The position numbers and the translations under genes were made by a program. The notes under the pieces were generated by a model that had not been told where the DNA came from, searched no databases, and was given only the letters and a program-made list of their open reading frames with translations. A stretch of 57,039 bases of DNA from Folioceros fuciformis. Lineage: Eukaryota. The stretch is taken from the NCBI GenBank assembly GCA_049999805.1, contig JBNGIO010005929.1:1-57039 (forward strand), written 5' to 3'. Below, piece by piece: positions 14,601 to 23,195 of this stretch (position 1 is its first letter; each line of letters opens with the position of its first letter).

Positions 14601-15821
14601 AAGGCTACCACATGCTTGGAGCACACTCACAATCGTACGATCATCTGGGGCAACACCCTCCTCTAGCATATCTGCATACAGGCGCAAAGCTTTCTCTCCC
14701 TCGCCAAGTCGCGCATATGCTGCGAGCATCGCATTCCATGAAACTACATCTGGTTGCACTACTGTCTCAAACAGCTGCTGCGCATCCAAAAGGTTTCCAC
14801 ACTTTGCATAGGCACTAATGAGAGAATTAGAAACAAACACTTGGGACTGATAACCCCTGTGAACAGATTCAACATGAAGAGCCTTCACCTTTTCTAGAGA
14901 CACCAGCTTGAGGCGTCGACCATTGAGAAGCACGCCTTCCTCCATCTCTGCCATACCAGCACAAGCTTTCACCATGGTGACCAGGGTGCGATCATCTGGA
15001 GAGATACCCTCCTCCTGCATCTTGTGGTAGAGGTGCCAAGCCTTGTCCCCCTCTTGCCGTAGACAATATCCTGCAAGCATTGCATTCCATGAGACCACAC
15101 TCCGCTGTGACATTCTGTCAAACACATGGCGGGCATTTACAATGCTTCCACACTTCACATACATATCGATTAGTGCGGTAGAGACATACAAATCAGTCTC
15201 AAATCTGTATCTCACAGCCTGGGCATGAATCCGAGTGCCTTGTTCCAAGTCTGCCAAGCTGGAGCAAGCTTTGAGCAAGGGGACGAAGGTGTATTTGTCT
15301 GGCTGCATTCCTCCTTCTTGCATCTTCCAGTACAAACTGAGAGCCTCCTGAGCCTGCCCAGATTTGGTGTAGGAAGAAATGAGGGCATTCCAGGAGAAGG
15401 CAGTTCGGTACGACAAACGATTGAACAGCTGGCGGGCATCCTGAAGCCCACCACACATGAGCAGCGCCTTCACACTCGATTCCCCCAAAAATACATCATA
15501 CCCATATCCATTGTCTGCCAGATGGGCATGCACTCGCTTTGCCTCAGCCAATGACTTGTTCCTTACGCAAGCCTGCAAGAGATGCCAGTACAGGTTTCCT
15601 GAAGGCATCTGGTTCTGCTTGTCCATCCACTCCAACGCATCATGCAGCTGGCCTGTGTCGCAGAGCTGTCTCAGCTCAAAGGTCCCGTCCCCTGTAACAT
15701 CATTGTGTCGCCAGCCGCAGGTCACGGCCACTCCGTTCAGCCTTGTAATCTCTGTCTCTCTCCCGGAAGACGCGTAGCTGGCCACGGACTGCCAGCCCGC
15801 CAGGGTGGATAGTCGCAGCAT
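11682..15821 (-). CDS. Very long PLS-class PPR protein with E1-E2-E+ end and no DYW domain (organellar RNA-editing specificity factor)
   Basis: Single long ORF of P-L-S triplets (VVSWNAM..GY; TFV..L.AC; LVSMYAKCG), P2-L2-S2 (TFVSLLSACSHAG; EHYASMLDLLSRAG), E motifs and PG box KRPGQSWIE, then a stop before any HxE/CxxC. First true ATG is 15821 (MLRLSTLAGW..., presequence-like); the track start 15845 is GTG. Confidence 0.93.
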   Translation of the reverse strand: MLRLSTLAGWQSVASYASSGRETEITRLNGVAVTCGWRHNDVTGDGTFELRQLCDTGQLHDALEWMDKQNQMPSGNLYWHLLQACVRNKSLAEAKRVHAHLADNGYGYDVFLGESSVKALLMCGGLQDARQLFNRLSYRTAFSWNALISSYTKSGQAQEALSLYWKMQEGGMQPDKYTFVPLLKACSSLADLEQGTRIHAQAVRYRFETDLYVSTALIDMYVKCGSIVNARHVFDRMSQRSVVSWNAMLAGYCLRQEGDKAWHLYHKMQEEGISPDDRTLVTMVKACAGMAEMEEGVLLNGRRLKLVSLEKVKALHVESVHRGYQSQVFVSNSLISAYAKCGNLLDAQQLFETVVQPDVVSWNAMLAAYARLGEGEKALRLYADMLEEGVAPDDRTIVSVLQACGSLADKEEEVFVNGCATKLFSLQKGKAFHAQAAVWGYTTDVFVGSTLVSMYAKCGAILDAQHVFDELFETDVITWNAMLAGYCHQAQPEKALLLYNQMQEEAVLPDVWTFVGALQACNSLAEKEESLSIDGESIKVTSLQTGMAIHAAAAAAATVGMDANSVVFYSTLIGMYANCGSIHHARHVFDASPRHVTLVWNAMSTGYVQQGQHENALMLFLRMQKEDVKPDPCTFVSILRACSNLAGKEESALVEGRSIRLTSLERGKAIHAEAVVQGYGWDGLVGNTLVSLYTKCGSLTDAELVFNSLSQRDVVSWNAMIAGYAQQSSGEKALECYGQMLKEGTSPNERTIVSVLQACGNMADMDEGTSLDGQPIKVEWLRRVKELHAEAASRGFESDIFVGNTLVSIYAKCGSISQAHQLFDQLSQQNVVSWNALLAGYAHAGQAKEVLELSSVMLDQGLEPNDRTFASVLKAFASLTNLDDGVLIDGRFVKVGSLQKGKTIHSEAAGRAYENDSFVGNSLISLYAKCNSIEDAQFVFDRLLQRNVVSFNVLITGYAQQDQEGIALDLFAQMLDDGFWPDERTFAGVLQACSSLSEREESTKIDGQAFKVESLQRGKAIHAEASRWGNKLDVSVAGRLINAYAKCGSVVDAQHAFDRLPERNVVCWNALIAAYAEQNQDDMVGLLFRQMELEGVSPDEFTFIGILKACSNTGALDMCVQIHRDIAAGGCTSSLALATALIHAYANCGSMLDAHAVFDSMPQHDVVSWNALVTGYAQQGDADMTVACFLQMQKDGLQPDGITFVSLLSACSHAGRVDQGLDYFKLMTKEYNVTPAIEHYASMLDLLSRAGLLSEAASLLSEMPMPPNWSMWLSLLGACCKHGNISLARQAFDSALELQPKEAAPYVLMTNIYAHAGMWESAEEVDELRRLWGTWKRPGQSWIEHEQEVHSFMVRDSRHRHSARIYETVRNLNKELPKV

Positions 15822-15913
15822 GGCATCTGCAACACTACCCTCCACAACCTTGCATGGGATGAGGCAGCTACATTATGTGCCCGTTTCTAAAACTCCTCTA
15901 CCTCATTTGATCT

Positions 15914-18244
15914 ATGTGGTGTGACTGGGCTGGATCCGCTTGTGCATATGTCTCTGCCATGCCAGTGGCCTGTGCAGAGTACACACCATGTCGCACTGTG
16001 GTCAATCTCTGCAGGGAGGGACATCTGGACAAGGCCATGCTGGTCCTACTGCGAATGGACCAACAAGGTTGCGTCCCTTCAGCTGGAATGTTCAAGACGC
16101 TTCTTCAGGCCTGTATGCAACAGAAAGCCCTTGCGCAGGCCAGGCGGGTGCAAGCTCACTTGGCAAGACATGGGCTGGAGACCGATCCATGTCTGGGCCA
16201 GCTTGTGGTGTCCACTTTGGTGAATTGTGGAGGTCTGAACTATGGGCTCCAACTGTTTCGAAGATTGCCTCACCGAACTGTTTTCTCCTGGACGGCCGTG
16301 ATTTCAGGGTATTGCAAAGCAGGAGATGGTCGTCGGGCTCTCTCCTGCTACGAGCAAATGCAACAGGAAGGAGTTCATCCTAACAACTACACGCTTGTTG
16401 CCCTGCTCAAAGCCTGCACCAGCCTGCGAGACCTAAATGAGGGCAAGCGAATGCACGCACATGCTCGGCACCATGGGTTGGAGTCCGACGTGTTTGTTGC
16501 CACAGCGTTGGTGAGTATGTATGCAAAGTGCAGGAGCTTGGAAGATGCACACCACGTCTTTAACCAGCTGTCTGACCGAAATGTAGTGTCATGGAATGCT
16601 ATCCTTGCAGCATATACACAGAATGGCCAAGGGGAACAGGCATTGAACATTTTTTGGAAGATGCAAGAAGAAGGCGGGATTCCAGATGCTCGCACCTGTG
16701 TTGCTGCCCTCCAAGCGTGTGGGATCATGGCGGAACAAGAGGAAAATGCAACTGTTGGTGGCCTTGATATAGTTAAACTGGACTCATTGCACGCGGGGAA
16801 GACAATTCATGCCCAAGCAGCTGGAAGGGGGTTGGCATGCAACATTTTTGTGAGGAATGCCTTGGTAACTATGTATGCAAGATGCGGGAGCATTGAGGAT
16901 GCCCAACGACTGTTCGATCAAACGGCAGACCGCACTGTTGTGTCCTGGAATGCATTGGTTGCAGCATATTCGCAACAGGGACAAGGACAAAAGGCCTTGC
17001 GCATCTACGCCGAGATGCAAGAGAAAGGTGTGGAGGCAGATGACCGAACGTTTGTTAGTGCTCTCCAAGCATGCGGCAGTCTTGCGGAAAGGGAGGAAAG
17101 CACAGAAGTGGATGGGCAACACATCAGAGTGGAGTCTCTGCGAAAGGGCAAGGAATTACATGAGAGAGCTTCTCGTGTTGGCTATGATGTCTTTGTTGGT
17201 AACACATTGGTTAGTATGTACGCGAAGTGTGGGAATATCAAGGATTCAGAATATGTTTTCGACAGAATGTGTCTCCGAGATGTGATGTCCTGGAAAACAA
17301 TGATTGCGGCATATGCTGAGCAGGACCAGGGAGAAAAGGCTTTGCACACCTATGGGCTAATGCAGACGGCATCTGTCCAGCCGAATGAGCCTATCTTTCA
17401 GTCGGTACTGGAAGCCTGTAGTAACATGGGACTCTTAGAGATCTGTCGCCAAACCCACCGCAAAATCATCGAGTGTGGATTAGAAGGCAGACTATCCGTG
17501 GCAAACAGTCTGATACATGCTTTTGGGAAGTGTGGCAGCATGGTAGATGCTCAGTTCGTATTTCACTCATTGGCTTCTCCTGATGTCGTGTCCTGGACTG
17601 CCCTAATCGCTGGGTACGGACGCCAGGGAAATTGTGAGGCGAGTCAGAAATGTTACGAGGATATGCTTCTGGCAGGCGTCAGGCCTAATGAAGTGACATT
17701 TCTGGCTCTTCTGGCTGCATGTGGTCATGCTGGCATGGTGGACAGAGGACTGGAGCTCTTTGTAAGCATGACCAGAGATCATGGCCTTATTGCGGGGCCG
17801 GAGCATTACGTTTCCTTGATCAATCTTCTGTGCCGTGGTGGGTTGTTCACCATAGCCGAGGGTCTGGCTGGTAAGTTGCCGATGCAGCTCGCCTTGCACG
17901 GATGGCTCTGTTTGCTTAGCGCTAGCCAGAGACACGGGAAGGTGAGTGTGGGAAGGCGTGCCTTCGACTGCGCTGTGGCTCTGGAGCCCAAACAAGCTGC
18001 GGCCTATGTCGTCATGTCGAACATCTATGCTCAGGCTGGCATGTGGGAGTGTGCACGTGAGATAGATGGCATGAGGCAAACAGCGAGAGCATGTAAGAAG
18101 CCCGGGCAGAGTTGGATCGAGCACGAAAAGGAGGTGCACACATTTCTGGTGGGGGACCAAAGGCATCAGCAAGGGAAACTGCTGTACGGACTGTTGAACG
18201 AGCTTCGTTTAATTCTGGGGCAGCGGCCAAAGCTTGGTGGATAG
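15914..18244 (+). CDS. PLS-class PPR protein with E1-E2-E+ end and no DYW domain
   Basis: P-L-S triplets, TFLALLAACGHAG, EHYVSLINLLCRGG, PG box KKPGQSWIE, stop at 18242-18244. The true start is uncertain because of an acceptor-like TGTGCAG ending near 15977. Confidence 0.92.
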   Translation: MWCDWAGSACAYVSAMPVACAEYTPCRTVVNLCREGHLDKAMLVLLRMDQQGCVPSAGMFKTLLQACMQQKALAQARRVQAHLARHGLETDPCLGQLVVSTLVNCGGLNYGLQLFRRLPHRTVFSWTAVISGYCKAGDGRRALSCYEQMQQEGVHPNNYTLVALLKACTSLRDLNEGKRMHAHARHHGLESDVFVATALVSMYAKCRSLEDAHHVFNQLSDRNVVSWNAILAAYTQNGQGEQALNIFWKMQEEGGIPDARTCVAALQACGIMAEQEENATVGGLDIVKLDSLHAGKTIHAQAAGRGLACNIFVRNALVTMYARCGSIEDAQRLFDQTADRTVVSWNALVAAYSQQGQGQKALRIYAEMQEKGVEADDRTFVSALQACGSLAEREESTEVDGQHIRVESLRKGKELHERASRVGYDVFVGNTLVSMYAKCGNIKDSEYVFDRMCLRDVMSWKTMIAAYAEQDQGEKALHTYGLMQTASVQPNEPIFQSVLEACSNMGLLEICRQTHRKIIECGLEGRLSVANSLIHAFGKCGSMVDAQFVFHSLASPDVVSWTALIAGYGRQGNCEASQKCYEDMLLAGVRPNEVTFLALLAACGHAGMVDRGLELFVSMTRDHGLIAGPEHYVSLINLLCRGGLFTIAEGLAGKLPMQLALHGWLCLLSASQRHGKVSVGRRAFDCAVALEPKQAAAYVVMSNIYAQAGMWECAREIDGMRQTARACKKPGQSWIEHEKEVHTFLVGDQRHQQGKLLYGLLNELRLILGQRPKLGG

Positions 18245-18304
18245 CTAGCTTCCGGCACAGATCTGAATACGGTAACGTCAAGTTATGGTGGCCAGCGCTA
18301 CCAG

Positions 18305-21300
18305 TCAGTGGTGATCACCACACGAGCAAAACCCATTCACAAAATGGTGAACACGGTGGGCATCTCTGACTATTATTTCTCGCCTTTCAATCTTGGACAT
18401 CATCTTAGTGCCAGTGTGGCAGTCATTGCACATTCGCAGATTTTTGGTCACCACCAAAGTGGTACCAGCTGGAGTGTTCAACAGGCCGTAAGCCAATGCT
18501 AGTTTCTCAGCATGTCCACAAAGAGCATCTTCCTTCTCCGTCTGCCCCAACTCCACGTTTGGCATCCGCCCTCCTTCTCCATGTAGAAGTGCATTCACAC
18601 TCCTTAGCTTGGAGGATATGTCATCCCTTTCATCCCCCACAGTAAACGTCTGCACCTTGTTGTCAACCTCGATCCAAGCCCTTGCAGACTTCTTGCAAGC
18701 AGCCCCAGACTTCCTTAGACTTTCGATCGATTCTGCATCCTTGGACCGATCTGCGTTCGTATAAATGTCTTGCATGAGTGCGTATGGAGCACCTTTCTGT
18801 GGCTCCAATGCAATAAGACGGTCGAAACATCGCCGTCCACGCTCCACGTCGCCGTGACTTCTACAGGCACCCAGCAAGGATGTCCAGCTAGCAACAGAAT
18901 CTTTAAGGGGCAACGTCTGCAACATGTGTTCTGCCTCATCTAGATGACCTGCTCGCCCCAGAAGATCAACCATGCAAGTACTATGATACACAGTGGGTGA
19001 AATGCCATGGTCGTCAACCATCATCCTGAAATAGTGCTTGCCTTCATTCACTAGCCCCTGGTGACTACATGCAACAAGAAGAGAGAGAAAAGTCCCATCG
19101 TCTGGTTCAGTACCATGGTCCTGCATTTCTTGAAAGCACTGCAAAGCACGTTGCACATCATTATGCAGGCAATAGCCATTGAGCAGAGCATTCCACGTAA
19201 CCGCAGTTTTTGTAGGCAACTTATCAAGCACTTTGCGGGCGTCCTCCAGATTGCCGCATTTTGCATACATGTCCACAATGCTGCTGCCTACCACCACATC
19301 AGCTTCCTGACATCTTTTCTGAACTTCGTAATGCAGCTCCTTTCCTTGTTGTAAAGCTCCTATGCTGGCACACGCTTTCAGAAGGCACGCTATCGTATGA
19401 TTGTTTGCTGAGGTGATCCCCTCCTGCTGCATGGACGCATAAAGGGCAAGTGCTTCGTGACCAAGCCCCTGCTGAGAACATCCATCAATCATGGCAGTCC
19501 AGGTCACTACATCCTTTGTGGGTAATCTGTCAAATACTCTTTTCGCATCCTCCAAGCTCCCACATTTTGCATACATGTCCACCAAGCTGTTACCCAGAAC
19601 CGACTCCAGTCCTTGTTCCTCTATCTGCAAATGAAGCTGCTTCCCTTGAAGGAGCTCACGTTCACTGGCACATGCTTTGAGGAGGCAGACAAATGTAACC
19701 CGGTCAGCTGCTGTGGTGCTGTCTCCCTGCATGAGTGCATACAGATCGAGGACTTCTTGACCCAGCCCATGCTGAGCATATCCTGCAAGCATGCTATTCC
19801 ATGTGACGACATCCTTGATGGGCAACTTATCGAAGACATCACGAGCATCTTTCAGGCTCCCACATTTACAATACATGTCTATCACACAGCTGCCGACAAT
19901 GTGGTTAGCTTCAAGCCCCCTTTCTTGGATATGCAAATGAAGCTCGTTCCCCTCGTTTAACGTTTGCATGCCAGCACAGGCCTTCAGCACACATACAAAC
20001 GTAATATCATTGGGCAAGGACATGCCTTCCTCCTTCATACTCTTGTAAAGCATAAGCGCTTCTTGACCAAGCCCATGCTGAACATATCCAGTGAGTAGGG
20101 CATTCCACGTTACCACATCTCTTGTTGGCATTCTGTCAAACACCCTTCTAGCATCCACTAAGCTCCCACACTTCGCATACATATCCACCAGGCTATTGCC
20201 CAAAACCAGATCAGCTTCCAGGCCCCGCTTCTCAATCATTGAATGGATCTCCTTGCCCTCATCTAGGGCACCCGTGCTAGCACATGCCTTCAACATGCAC
20301 AAAAATGTTGCATAACTGGCCGTAATACCTTCCTGCTGCATGCGTGCAAAAAGTGTAAGGGCTTGAGTACCAAGCCCCTGTTGTGCATATCCTGCAATCA
20401 TGGCATTCCATGTCACCACATTTTTGTTTGGCAGCTTTTCAAACACTCGGTAGGCATCCTCCATGCTTCCACATTTTGCATACAGGTTCACCAGGCTGGT
20501 GCCAACAAATACACTCGGTTGAAGGCCACTTCCCAAAATATCCGCGTGAACTTGCTTGCCGGATGGTAGATCTGCAACTGTGGCACACGCCTTAAGGACT
20601 GCCACATATGTGTGGCTGTTGGGGTCCACACTTGAGTGTCTCATCTCCTGATACAGTTTGATCGCCTGCATGGGCTGACCATGCTCGGTGTGTGCTGATA
20701 TAATGGAATGCCAAATGCATGAGTTAGCCACAGCCAGCTTTGACAGGACATTGGTTGCTTCCTGCAACCTCCCATGAGAGGTATACATGCGGATAATGTG
20801 GCTGGCCAAAATTATATTGTTCTCATATCCACACTTCAGAGTTAGAGCATGAACGCGTCTGCCAACACTCAAATCCTTCTGTGCAATACAATGCTTGAGG
20901 GTTGAGCAAATGCTAGACTCGGGAACGATTGATCTTTGCTGCACTAGGAGCTCCAAGGCTTCGACAGTCGGAACCAGCTGCTTTTCTCCAGATTCCTTTT
21001 TCCAGATCCCCAGTCTCAGATTCCCTTCCGACCTACAAGATTACGACGCTGTCAAACAAGTGACTGGGGTTCAGACAAGACATGATGCTCAAGCACTAGA
21101 TGCTGACTACTTGTCGCTCGAAACAACACAACTGCGGAAATGTGTCCAGTTAAGGGAAGTCGAACCTCTGAGAGACCTCATGGACTTTCACTCCTCGCTG
21201 CAAATTTTCCTTCATCCATGCATCCTGTGAGTCATACAATGCATCCTCAGTGGTGCTGTACATGAAGTTCCTACACTCGACCTTGGTCTGCAGCGTTGAT

Positions 21301-22047
21301 AATTTTAAAGTTTGCATGATTAATTGCACCACAAGACCCTCCCTTTGTCGTGTTTCTGGTGACCATCAACTGATGGGCAAAGATAGCAACTGAAGGCCGG
21401 AGAATTATTACCTTGTTGAACGTGCCGTCCCACAAGGAGGTAGGATTGCCCAGAAAATTCTGCCACAAGACCTGCCGACCGCTGGGTTCCACTGCATGCC
21501 AACTTCACGATCACACTCTGAGAAGCTTTTCCACGGCAAGTCCACCAGGAGAAACAGAAAACAACTCCGAAACACTAGAAACGCAGAAACAGTAACTGAC
21601 CAGGTCCTGCTGCGGATTTCCGTCCATCTCCTAACCCCACCGAGGCATGTTGTGCGAGACCAAGCCACCTTGGTGGCCAGTCTTGATGGCTGCTGCTCCG
21701 CTTGGATGTCTGCAACATGACATTCATTTACCAACTCTCCCAACCCGAACCCTGGCCTAGAATGCATAGCAAACGCTGGCCAGAAGCCAAGGCCAGAGCA
21801 ATGTTCACTACCTCATCCGACCTGGATGCCCACCACAGAGAAGGATCGGCCAGAAATCTCTTCCCACAGTCTCCATGCTGCACCTGATTGCAAGCTGATC
21901 CAGCTGCCAATGACACCCACCATCAGCAGCAACCCATAGCAAGCAACAAAGTTAACCAAATGAAGGTCAGCACTTACGGATGCCAGGATTTCCTTGCTCA
22001 GCTGCCAGGCGCAACGGTGACACACGCCTCAACTTGGCCTTCTTCAT
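18305..22047 (-). CDS. PLS-class PPR protein with C-terminal DYW:KP-type deaminase-like domain (putative U-to-C editing factor), with spliced N-terminal exons
   Basis: Main exon 21032-18305 holds about 20 PLS motifs, E1/E2, then KKSARAWIEV...LCGHAEKLALAYGLLNTP...KNLRMCNDCH...RDAHRVHHF..GFCSCGDHH*. Upstream GT-AG exons 21883-21812, 21709-21601, 21491-21412 and 21287-21166 join in phase. Exon 22099-21978 (ATG 22047) joins only with a 1-bp frameshift near 21863-21865, so the 5' end is uncertain; the next in-frame ATG is 21263. Confidence 0.88.
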
Positions 22048-22424
22048 TCGGGCTGCACCAGAATTGCCAACCCACCATCCCGCTACATGTCCTCCTCGCC
22101 TACAGGCCCGAATCAAGGTACCACAATGAAGACCCTTGCACAGATCGATCACAAAGCAACAGAGCAGAACAGGGCCGAACGATTTGACTCACCTTCGGAT
22201 GAATTTGGGATTGGTGCAGTGCTTTCGTGACGTGACTTTCTCACGACCTAATGGGACGTCTTTAGGGCCGAGTACTTCATGTTGGGGATCTATGTCAGCT
22301 GGGACAGAATGAGAGTTGGGGCGGAATTGGAATTTTGAGGGTTACTGCTCATCCCACATGGAACCCATCAGAGGACGCATGCAAATTTGGAGCTCTCAGG
22401 CGAGCAGCGTTGGGTTGGGCTGAA

Positions 22425-23195
22425 ATGGGTCAAACATTACGCAAAGTCGTGGGATCTGTACCTCCTCGTGCCTCTCCCCGTGCTGCTCCACCGGCCTCAC
22501 TCCCTGCCAGCCGGGAGCCTGTGCAAGCGAGTCCAGCATCTGTCAAGCCAGGTTGGGACTCCAGACTCTTCCGCTGAGAGCATTCTCCGAGGTCTGAATT
22601 ATGGCTTGCTGACGGTGGTCTGGTCTGGTCCTCCTAATCGTGCAGGTAAGGCTGTGGAACGCGAGCAGAACCTGGGTGAATGGGATCCCAAGAACCCAAA
22701 TTACCAAACCCTGGTGCACCAGGTGGCCGGGGCGATCTCTACCAGGCCGGGAGGGTTTCAGGAGATGGGTCCGGTAGAGTGACTCCAATTCTGCGTCGTC
22801 TTGGTCTTAAGCAAGCTTGATTCCGGACTCACTGGGATTTGGTGTTTCGATTCTTGTAGGCCAAATTGACAGATCGGGAGCGTACCAGGCCGATGCCCAA
22901 GGATCGGCACACTTCTGTTGCGTCGGGGCCTGATGAGGAGCAGGTAGTAAAGGCTGGCACTCTGAACGTCGCCCAGCTGAAGCAGCTATTTGCTCTGTAC
23001 AGCAGAGAATTGGAGGGCCAGGAGAAGCCAGTGGACGCGCAAAGCTTGGCCGAGAAGTTTACTGTGGATGTCATTCTGCTGAGGAATGTTTTGAAGCATT
23101 TTTGGCTCCATGCAGCTCACCGTCGACGGCTGCAACTGGAAGATCCCGAGCAGAGGCAGGAGGTGAGAGAACGTCAAGCTGCTAGTGGGGCATAG
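22425..23195 (+). CDS. Small conserved protein, NDUFAF4-like (putative complex I assembly factor)
   Basis: Three in-phase exons 22425-22551, 22646-22773 and 22860-23195. N-terminal MGQ; Y..LV.QVAGAISTRPGG..EMG; RPMPKDR; GTLNVAQLKQLF...LAEKFTVDV.LLRNVLKHF resemble the plant family related to NDUFAF4 (from memory). Confidence 0.6.
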
